Shown in pieces: positions 53,390 through 64,000 of a DNA stretch of 64,000 nucleotides; positions within the stretch are counted from its first letter, which is position 1, and every line of letters starts with the position of its first letter. Origin of the DNA: Psilocybe cubensis (Eukaryota); the NCBI GenBank assembly GCA_017499595.2, contig CM039010.1, positions 1,054,001 through 1,118,000 of the forward strand, in the 5' to 3' direction. A program made the position numbers and the translations under genes. The notes under the pieces are model-generated. The model searched no databases. It was given only the letters and a program-made list of their open reading frames with translations, and was not told where the DNA came from.

Positions 53390-54541
53390 TCAGGAAATGG
53401 GTTCGGGATTGGTGACCAGAAGCCAGCCCTCTGTATCAAATCTAGAACGACTGTCGTAGTGCACTCGGGTAAAATCAATTTTGAGTTCCAAAGGTTGCTC
53501 TGCAGGTACATTTCCGCCGTTTTTTCCGTACGGGTCGTTGGCTGGCCAAACTTGGCCTCCCCAGATATTCTGTGACGAATCATCATGTGAGTGTAGAATA
53601 GATTTATCGGTGTCCCAAATTCTTGAAACCTGATGTCCGAGTTCGACATCCTCGTTTACTTTGATGCTCACAGCATCTGAGATCGTAATCGCCTCCGGGC
53701 AGTCAGTAGCGGGTTGGAGAAGTTGGCAACTATCAGAGACGTTGATTGGTGCGGCAAACTTTTGCGTTCTCTGCTCCAGCAGTCGGATGCCCATGTCAAT
53801 ATGTCTTTGGACAATTTCAACCAATGACGAGTTGTGACGGCTCAGATGCTGTTCAAGTTGTTGACATCTTTGATGAAAAGCACATGAAATAGCCACCCTC
53901 CATTTCAAAGAAAAGCCAACAACCACAAAAGCGATGAAGATCACAACTGGAAATAGCACAAATGCAAATCCTTCAGATAAGGGTATTCAGTATGTGGTAA
54001 TAAGTAGATCTGCTTGATACATACCAGTTGTGATAAACGAAATAGTAAGTATCAACAATGGATAACGGTACTGCTGACATCCATCATAAAGATGTTTACA
54101 AGATTTCCTGAATAGAAGGTATAGGTAAATCTACTGTCCGGTAACCACATATAATTAATCACTTACGCAGACCAGATACAAATGTATAACATTGTTGATG
54201 AGATCACGACCAGGGAACTCTGATTAGGTTTTAAAATGAATAAATAAGTGCAGGCGCGAAAAGAAGGTCATCACCGAAAAAAAAGACCGTGGTTGCGGCA
54301 CAGATGCAGATGTGACTTTTATCAGTCTTCGTTCGTATTCATCGAAAAGACTTTTAATGACTGCAGGTTAGCAGCTGACAACCAGACCTATGTCTAAAAC
54401 GTACTTGTGCTCTGGTTGTGAATGCAATATTTCACATATATGTCCGATCTCCGACTTGGACGATACGAAGGCGCGACGGCGTTGCCGATGAAGTGCCTTC
54501 ACATTCACAGTGGGCCTGGGAATTACAATTCTGTGAGGCAT
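53390..54541 (-). CDS. Hypothetical multi-exon membrane protein
   Basis: ATG at 54541 (MPHRIVIPRP...), GT-AG introns, hydrophobic segment LFPVVIFIAFVVVGFSL in the 189 aa terminal ORF. No family recognised. Confidence 0.4.
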
Positions 54542-55576
54542 GGTTTTAGGAGTATCACTCGATAATGGTCGGATTAAGGTGCCTCTGGGACTGCTCGATA
54601 AGAAATCCTTTTTATTGAAAGTTTGACCACTCCGCAGCCCTGAATTGGCATATCCGCAAACACGTTGACTATGTCAGTGGACCGGCGGTGACACGAGTGC
54701 AGGACCATAAACCACTTCAACTGCGCCTATTTGACTACATGCGCCCGCTGGTATAACCTATGACTCGAAAAGAGTAGACCGTATGTGGCTCGCAGCTGAG
54801 CGCCGCAGAAGGCTACTCGGTGACTGGGAATTCAGAATTGTGACACCTGATTAGTATTCTAATCTGCCATAGCCATAGATATGATATGTGCTGGAGTATT
54901 ATGGGGTACCAGGAGGTAGTGAAAAGAGCAATAACAGGCAGTCACTAGTCACTAGTCAACCGTGACGTAAACGAACCGCGGTCATTACCTTGATTACATA
55001 AACCTTCGGGTCGGCCTTATCGGCCAAATATACTGATCATCCTGCTGTGCTACGCTAACCTACCTCACTCTTCTAAACTTGCGCTATAGTACTGTTTCCC
55101 TCTACTCATACCAGCAAAGAATATGCCGAAGTGAAATTGACTTTGAGCGCTCTTCGAACCCTGGCAGGTCGATTCTCCACGTTCACAGGCTTTGCTGCCC
55201 AAACTGTCAATAACGTTTAACGAATTGAAGAACTAAATCATATGGACAACATACGGACGACGAGCAATTCATGCATCCATGGGATTTTTAATGGTTGTCA
55301 CATTGTACCCACACAGTGACTGGATAGCTGATATGCCTATGTGGCACCAGGGAAATGAACTTCTATCTATCACAGCGGCAACAAAATACAAAGACAACTT
55401 GTGATGTTTTAGAATGATGTTCACAGTCACACTATGCTCCAACTCTGAATCTTGGTCAGGTTGCCTGAGCGACAGCTGCAGTCCAGCTTCGCTTGGATCA
55501 TCTGGTCCTTGTTTTGCACGACTATATATTACAGGCCGAAAGGACAGATTCCGTACAATTTAATCCCCCACCAATC

Positions 55577-57030
55577 ATGCAAACTGGTTCATGCACATCA
55601 TCACCCTCAACCATCCCGATTGGCCTTGAAAGTTCAACAACATTACCAAATAGTATGTCATTTTAAGCATTTTTTTACGACGATGATAGTTGCTGATTTG
55701 AACGATCGTTACTCATCTAGGACCAATAGCACGCAGGTTGGTTGAACAGAAGATACCATCATCTGGTCAATTAATGGCAGACGGTACCATTTTGATTGAT
55801 ATTCGATGGAACAACTGGACACATACAGCGTCTCCTAGTCCAACACAAATTAAAGAGCTCTTCCGGCAACATCCTGGAAATTTAATACATATCAACCTCC
55901 TGGAGCAGACGGATATGATCATGTCACCTGAAGATTGGAGATGCGAGCTCAGGAGCTATTTTAATATATTCCTGGAAGAGCTACCGCGGTGGAGGTCTGT
56001 TAAATTTTGGGCTCCTTACCTGCCGCGGGAATGTTTCATCGGACGAATGTACCTGAAAGCCAACTCGCTGGAACACGTCGTTCTTGTGGGTCCTCCATCT
56101 TTTGATCTACCTGCTGCAAGCCACATGATCTCGCGCTGCTGGATGAATTCGTCGTCGCTGACAGCATTTGAACTGTTGACAAAGAGTCGAGAGTCTGCAG
56201 GCTCGATGATTATCAACCCTCGACACTACCTTCCTCTGGACAATATCGTGGCACTGCAGCTTCGCAACAAGCTCAGCATTTTTGAGTGCATAGAGATTCT
56301 GCACCGCGGTCGCAATCTATCTGAATGTCTTTTTGGGAACGTCACTGCGTCCACAGGTGTTTTGATCCCAATCCGGTGTCATCTACTAGAAAAGCTGGAG
56401 CTGATGGTGAACGTCGACGATTACAAATCGTCAAAGGAAGTGTTATTTGGGTCCTTATTTGAGGCTATCAGGGCACCAAAGCTTCGTCATTTGAAGATGT
56501 CAAACCACAGCAACTGGGACAGCGATCACTATTCATTTATGACTTTTCTCAAGCGTTCAAAATGCACCCTAGAAGCACTAGAACTGGAAAATGTCAAAAT
56601 CAACGGGCCACAGTTACATGACATACTCGCAATGTCCCCATCTCTTCGAATTCTAAAAGTCCACGGGGATCCATCGCAGAATCCTCAACCTTTCACGCAC
56701 AGAATCATGTGGTACCTCACGCGGTCCCCGCGAAACGCCTACCTCCTTTGTCCGCGTCTGGAGATGTTTTCTGTCAACGAAACAGTAGTGAAAGACCTTC
56801 CGGATGGGACAATATCGAAGATGTTATTTGATCGCATCCTTGTCGGTGATATGAAAATGGTCTGGCTCAAATTCAGACGATCAGTCGCTCTTCACCGGTC
56901 AGCGGATGCAGCAACTTTGACAACTGAAGACAGCCAGAAGATGTGGAAGGTTGTGATTGATGATTCTACCACAAGCGCCCGAGAGTGGGCGCAAATGGTA
57001 CATACTGTTTTCCACCGAGTTTCCTTATAA
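55577..57030 (+). CDS. RNI-like LRR protein related to the agaric F-box family, no F-box visible
   Basis: Exon 55577-55652 splices in frame (intron 55653-55720) to the 430 aa ORF: LPRWRSVKF, IRAPKLRHL, FLKRSKCTLEALEL, LLCPRLEMF. Confidence 0.75.
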
Positions 57031-57503
57031 GCAGACTTATGAATTTGTAAAATGCTTTTCCAAATTGCTTTGTGTCTGTTGATTTACTGCTATCCATTGA
57101 TCACTGCTATTAGTCTACATAGTCACTATTTGTGTTTGTGTTCCTTCCAGGTTCCTTCTAATCTACAATATATACACCGCCTTTGCCAGGACTAGTCAAA
57201 TTCCAGTCGATCGACACTACTCATTTGAAGGCATATGATTGAGCCAAGTCTTTGAACAAAGCCCTGATATTTTCCATCTGTCGACACTCGGACTAAAGAA
57301 CTCCATGTGAGTATCAAGTGGGCGCATATCGCGTCAAGTGCGCCTGTGATGCAATGCGGTCAATAACCTAACCACAATGATGAGGTGATTCGGCACTCAA
57401 TATCATTTTTTCTAGCCGTAGTCTCATGTAGGTTATATATTCTGTAACTAAATGACCAGGTTTCTTGTAGGCGTAATACTCAAATTATCTTGAAACTGAG
57501 TCG

Positions 57504-59625
57504 TCAAATAACGTATTTAAAATCCGGGTGACGATCCCCCAGTGCATTCCATGCCCTCAATCCACCATCCGGTTCGCATTGTGAAGCATATGGGGCAAGT
57601 ATATCAGACCTTCTTTCCTTCTTCTGCCTATTTAGTCGAATAAGCAGCAATGCGTTGATCATTGTCAAAACCATCATCACGAGCGAGCTAAATCACAGAA
57701 AAATGAATATAAAAACATCCGAGCTTCAAATTTACATAAAGACTCACAACACGAGGTTCATAATTGTGGTTTTGCGGTACTTTGGACCTTCATTTGAAGG
57801 GTAACTCCAAGTACTCAATATACCTCCCTGGTGTGTTGTTAGAAAGCCTTTCCAATCAGCAGGTAGCAACTTACACAGTTTCCAAGTCCTAGGCCCAAAG
57901 CTATACTCGTAGCTCGTCTATAGTGAGGTTCCGTATTGTTTGCAAACCATGCAGATATGATTGGTACGATTGCATATGCACCCGGAACCATCAGGTAAAG
58001 AGCCGCATAAGACGCATGCTTTCCAGGTGATGCTTTCGGGTTTACCAACTTAGATGCACTAGATAGCATTACAAAATTGGGGCTCACCTAAAGAAAGCGA
58101 GTATCCAGCAACGGAAAGCAGAAGTATCCCTATGATGCTTGCTGCTCTAGCCTTGTATTTGTCGGATAAATAAGCTGTAACCAAAGTAACTGACGAAATT
58201 ATCATCATTCAGTGGTGGTGAAAGGTAGGATTAAAAAGTTTAAGGAACTCACCGGCAAACCCCACAGCAAATGGTCCAACACTAAGGAGTTGTGTGTGGT
58301 TTGGGCTGAATCCAAGCTGGTTGACAATAGATGGCAAAAATAGAGCAAGACCAAAGAGGTTTACACCTCCCATAAAGTTTGTAATAGCTGCAATGAAGAC
58401 ATGCGGAGAGACAAGGACGGATAGAACTTGCTTAATGCTAAAGGTATCTAACGATTGAATGGCTGGTCGATCGCGATTTAGTCGCTCAGCAACTAACCTA
58501 TGAGCAATTTTTTTATGAGAATCAGCAATTGGAATGTTTAATTGCCTTACTTTTTCTGTCGATCTGACAAAAACCTCGAATCCTTCGGCGTTGCGGGAAT
58601 AAGGAAAAACACCGCAAGTCCAACAATGATTGTGAAGATCCCTTCCTGATGAATTGTCGTACACTTATAGAAAGGCTGAGTGGTTTGAAAAAGCTCACCA
58701 AAATAAATATCCATGCCCAAGCAGGTTTATTTCCTACTCCGTGCATGTTTACAATGGCAGCTGCAAGTAGACCAGAGAAAGCTCCGGACAACTGAAGAAA
58801 GAAGCGAGGACGGAGTGAGTATCAATCCAATTCAGGTATTCTTTTTCCAGACGTACCGATGCCGCTGAAAAAAATAGGGCAATGCTAGAGTTGGAGTCAT
58901 CTGTTAGTCACAGGAATTCCTAGATTGTAGATGAGGAGGTACCGTAAGGAAAGTTCTTCACGAGTGTAAAATCCAGAGAGATATAGAACTATTCCAGGAA
59001 GCATTGGCCCCTCTGCCAAACCCAAGAAGGCCCGCGTGGCGATTAGCCCGCGGAACGACGTGACAAAACCTTGAGCAAGAACAATGATTCCCCAAAAGGT
59101 GAGAATTGTCGGCATCAACAAATTAGGTCCAACTTTCCGCAAAATGAGATTTGCTGGAATTTCGCTGAGTACATACGGACTGTAAGTGTAGGTAGATTAG
59201 CTTGATCCTTCAGAATCAGTGTCAAAAGGTTGTACGCACACATAAGTAATGGTAACAGCGATTTGGTATTGATGGTCTGTCATGTGCAAACCCTTTTGCA
59301 GGCCGGCTACTCGTGCATTACCTACACGTCGGAGGCGGTGTGAACATTCAACTTTGAAGTCAATTCTCAACCACACAATATTTACCGATATTCGAGCGGT
59401 CCTGAAATGCAGGGTTAGAGTATATTCTGGCACAGGAGAATGAGGACAGACCAAGAACGAAAGTAGATAAAGCATTGTCATAATCGGAAGGATTGTTAGA
59501 TCCATTTTGAGGACCGCTCTCTTCACCTCGTTCTCGTCGACATGGTCCAGTACTTCTGCCTTCTCAGGGCTTGATCTGCTAGATAAAGAATCATTTGCAT
59601 CCAGTTGATGACCAGGTTTTGTCAT
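57504..59625 (-). CDS. MFS transporter, anion:cation symporter family, paralog 2
   Basis: Same intron layout as paralog 1; LSFLDRSNIGNARVAGL, EIPANL, RAFLGLAEGP, HPDFKYVI*. Confidence 0.92.
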
Positions 59626-60522
59626 AGCAGTGTGCGTCTAGAGTGGTGACAGAACGCGATTCAACGGGGGAATTGAAGATACTTCTGGGTGATGATTTAT
59701 ACAAATCAAGAGCCTGTTGGTCAGGTTCATTGACCTGTAGAAACACGGGCCTCTCCTATCCGAGTGACATAAAGATATATGAAACAAGAAAGGAACAAGA
59801 ATCCTCCATTCAGTCTTGATTCAGCGTCGGAAAAATATGAGAAGTACACGGTTGCCTTATCGTTGACCATTTGTGCTGATCCTGGAGTCCCATATGTGTA
59901 TTTCATTCAGATATGATCGATCGGAGGGAAAATTACAATGTTGGAAGTCGTACTTTGTCCTCGATCTCGAATTTAACACAAATTCGACGTCTAACCGACA
60001 GCCCGAGCTCCACAAAAAGTGATTTCCGAATGGCAGCTGCCAATTTCCAGGCACAGGTGGCGAAAAGAGTGGCAATAATTTCTTTAGCCTCGAGGTGTAC
60101 CGTTGATTCGAAGCGCAGTTTGTCACCTGTCCTTTAAAGTGCCTCGAAGAACTGGGAGCACAGAACGAGCGTGGAATATTATACCTGAACAGAGTAATTC
60201 TAAATAGATATCAATAAGAAGCGGATGACAGGAACATTTGTGGCGATACTCTTACCTCACTTCAACTTACCAAATACCAAGTGATGGCCAAGATGAGAAC
60301 ATCCAAGTGGTTGGGGAAGTTGGACATCGCCTGAAAAGGGCAGCTTCTCTATTTCACACTCAACCATCCATAGAACCACTAGAATAAAACAATAAATTAG
60401 CATACCCAGAGGCTGGAGATATCTCTACTGTTAAATAGTATAAAATATCATCATAATAAAACCCAATATAGAGCGAAATACCGAGAAAGAGATTTTACGT
60501 AACTAAATGGTTCTCGAGTTCG

Positions 60523-62659
60523 TCAAATAACATAGCGAAAATCCGGATGACGATCACCGAGTGCATACCAAGCTCGCGGACCACCATCGGGTTCGTCTTG
60601 TGAAGCATAAGGGGAAAGAATCTTTGATTTCCTTGCCTTCTTTTTCCTATTCGATCGACTAAGCAGTATTGCGTTGAGGATCGTCAAAACTATCATTACG
60701 AGTGAGCTGGATGACGATAATCAGACACTGAATATATCCAAATTCGGACAAAAACAAAGGAACACCCACAACGTCAAATTCATGATTGTTGTTTTGCGGA
60801 ATTTGGGGCCATCTTTTGTAGGATAATTCCATGTGCTAAGTACAGCTCCCTATTACCTGATTAAAACTTTGCTTAAACCATCATCGACATGTATGAACAC
60901 TTACAGAATTGCTCAATATAATCCCAAAAGCAATACTAGTAGCTCGTCGATAGTGCGGTTCGGTGTTGTTCGCAAACCACGCAGATATGATTGGTACCAT
61001 GGCATAAGCGCCAGGAGTTATCAAATATAACGCAGCATATGAAGCGTATATTCCAGAGGATGCTTGTTGGAAAAATGAACTTCAACATTAGAGAGCAAAT
61101 GACCCGTATATCGCACCAAGAAAAAATGAATATCCAACAACAGAAAGCAGCTCTATTCCAACAATAACTGCTGCCCTAGCATTGAACCTATCAGATAGAT
61201 ATGCTGTGATCAAAGTGACTGGATTAAATGAGAACCTTGAGTAAACTTTTACGGTCAGACAAAGTAAGGGATATTTTTACTTGCAAATGCAGCAGCAAAT
61301 GGCCCAACGCTGAGAAGTTGTGTTTCATTTGGGCTGAACCCGAGCTGGTTGACCATAGAGGGCAGAAAATAGGCCAAACCAGAGGAGTTCACGCCTAAAA
61401 AGAAGGTTATAGCACATGAGATAAGAACATGAGGCGACACTACAACGGAAAGAACATCTTTAATGTTAAATCCATGTAACAAATTTGCTACTGGTCGATC
61501 CCGTTGTAGTCGCTGAACAACAATTCTGTGCCCCGAAATTGTTATATAATCCAGGATAAATGAACGTTAATGCAACTTACTTTTTCTGTCGAGATGATAG
61601 AAACTTGGATTCTTGAGGTGTTGCAGGAATAAGGAAAAACGCTGCCAGTCCGACGAGGACGGTAACAAGCCCCTCCTGCCCCGTCATGATGTTTACGACC
61701 GTAGTGTGGGCTATGATTTATGACATACTAAGATAAAGATCCAGGCCCAGGAAGGTTTATTTCCTACTCCATCCATGGTTGCAATAGCACCTGCTAGGAG
61801 GCCCGAAAAGGCGCCAGAAAGCTGAGAAAGAGGGAAGTGGATTAGTGCGATAATCACTTTAAATTATAGTTTGCCTACCGATGCACCCGAGAAGAACAAA
61901 GCAATACTGCAACTCCCGTCCTTTAGCCTCGAGACAAGCAGATAATATCCGAGATAAGTCATTACCGGAAGGATAGTTCTTCCCGAGTATAGCACCCAGA
62001 CAAGTAGAGAAGAATGCCAGGAAAAAGCGGTCCATCGAACAGCCCCAGAAAAAATTGGGCAGAAAATAGGCCTCGGAAAGAAGTCAAAAATGCTTCAGCA
62101 ACAACAATGACACCCCTTATCATGACAAGCATCGGAATGAGTATGTGTGATCCCACTCTTTGCAGAAGAAGATTTGCAGGCAATTGACTGAGAATATATG
62201 GTCTACAGCGCCAGTGGGTTGGACTATACAATGACATAATCAACAGTCACCTGGACGCACACTAATGCAACCATAACAGCAATTTGGTATTGATGATCTG
62301 TTATTTCAAGGTCTTTCTGTAAGCCCGCTACTCGTGCATTTCCTAGAAATGACATAACATGTTTGCTTTGGGCGTCATACGTGTCCATTTACCAAGATCT
62401 ACTCACCAAGATTGAAGCGGTCCTTAGAATAGAACGGAAATGGGTGAAATGTCAGAAAAAGAAGCAGATAAGAGTAGATATAACAAACCAATAACGCAAA
62501 TAGCTGGATTATAGTCATGACTGGGAGAATTGTTAGGTCCATCTTAAAGACTGCCCGTTTCACTTCTTTGTCGTCGAAATGTTCTAAGTCCACCTTTCCA
62601 GGTTTGGAGCTTCCAGATAGCGAATTTCGCTGCTCCGGTTCACGGTTGACGTTTTCCAT
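60523..62659 (-). CDS. MFS transporter, anion:cation symporter family, paralog 3 (divergent tandem copy)
   Basis: All exons splice in frame from MENVNREPEQ to HPDFRYVI*; intron positions match paralogs 1 and 2. Confidence 0.9.
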
Positions 62660-64000
62660 CGTTGAAAATAGTAGACAGCTTTGAAGAGGGACAATATCGA
62701 TAGTTCTGTGTGGGTTTTTAAACAAACTGAGGGCATTGGCAGTGACCATACCTTAACATCAAGAAACGAAGATCTGGCCCCCGCCTGACAGAGTGATGCA
62801 AAACACAAAAATGTTTCAAGGCAAAAGCGGGTGTTTCCTTTCATGAAAATCACGCTATATCCTTGCTAAGGTTCTGCATTGAGGCTCGCACCCGGTTCAC
62901 TAATTAAGCTTTGGATAGTGAGACTAATTGAAGCGTTAGAACAGTGAGAGAGGTCGGCCATTTCTCGGGGCATTCAAGTTGTGGTGCATTTGGAGCACCT
63001 TCACCTCCAGTGGTTCATTCAAGGTTTCAAGCTGCCAGGACTCCCTGATCGAGGCGTCGCTAGAGTGAGTACTAATGACCTTGCAATAAAAGTCGGAGAC
63101 TGACGAGTATATCTTCGTGGCACCATTGTTTCATTGAGCGACGCATCTTTACTTTTGGCCGTCAAGACTTCACATGAAGTCCAATCGTAGTGGTGGTGGC
63201 AACAGAAGACAAGCGGAAACTTCCGGACTAACAAAGCCAAAGCAAAAGTGAGGCATGGTGGCGCGTGAGCGCTTTGAGCCTCAGTGCATCATCCAATTGC
63301 TCAGTGCTCTCGTTTCGCATGATTCTGTGCAGACTTCTGCTGGCGCCCTACTCGGAATGACTTCTAATCTAGATATCTTTAGTTTTCGACGCCGAATTTC
63401 GATCAGCCCAAACGCCCGAACCTAGGGCTCCTTCGTGGCCAAGCAAGAAAAATGACCACTATGAGATTGGCAGTCCGAAACCAGCTTCACTGGCTACCTG
63501 AGAAGTTTATCATCATGCCAATTCCAACTTCTACCGTGATGCCTACCCGAACAAACAACCCATGGAAATCAGTTATCATAGATCATGTCCACTTTCTAGC
63601 AGTGTATTGTGCCATCACCTTAAATTTATGGTATCATACGATGCAAAATATGGTAAGACAACCTTGTCTTCCGAGAAAACCACATATTACATCCAAGCTG
63701 AAGATGGCCGATTGACAGGTCTATTACGACAGTAGTCGAGCAGACGCGCACTCACTCCATGAAAATTCTGTTGACATTATCATAAAAATATGCAATGAGT
63801 AACAACTCCTTCTCATTTCCAGCGAGAGCTAATTGAATGAGAATTTCTAAACTATCCACACCGTTCCAAATTTCCCATAAACTCAGCAAAAAGCTACAGT
63901 AAATTGTTTAGCTATCGTGCATGTCGAGGCTAATCATGCACACTCACATATTAGGCTTGCTCAGCTGTTTGGGTGATTCGGCCGTCGTGGCATTTTTCCG

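Noticed and set aside
54941-55025. ACTAGTC tandem repeat and small GGCC hairpin as a Helitron or MITE end
   Set aside because: No matching terminus, target-site duplication or transposase remnant was found.
60523-62659. MFS paralog 3 as a pseudogene
   Set aside because: All exons have GT-AG boundaries and splice in frame to the conserved C-terminus.
62900-64000. Short ORFs at the right end
   Set aside because: No recognisable motifs or coherent exon structure; treated as intergenic.

Overview
Gene-dense, intron-rich eukaryotic DNA from a mushroom-forming basidiomycete (inferred from short GT-AG introns, agaric-type intronless F-box/LRR genes and gene content). I can support about 25 protein-coding genes and two initiator tRNA-Met genes. 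The standout is a compact GDP-L-fucose module at 40.5-47.5 kb: a GDP-fucose-type nucleotide-sugar transporter, GDP-L-fucose synthase and GDP-mannose 4,6-dehydratase, interrupted only by FAD1 and head-to-head with MRE11. The same window holds UDP-glucose dehydrogenase and an uncharacterised glycoside-hydrolase-like protein with a signal peptide and C-terminal HDEL. Other signals: chained uORFs on an Est1/SMG7-like gene, a PEX39-like KPWE protein, a stand-alone thioesterase ending in -ARL, three paralogous ACS-family MFS transporters (one intact but altered at conserved charged residues), six F-box/RNI-like genes (one missed by the ORF track), 6-18 nt microexons and a GC-AG intron. No transposon ORFs, rRNA or CRISPR arrays were seen. 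Gene models were spliced by eye and family calls come from motif recognition, not database searches.
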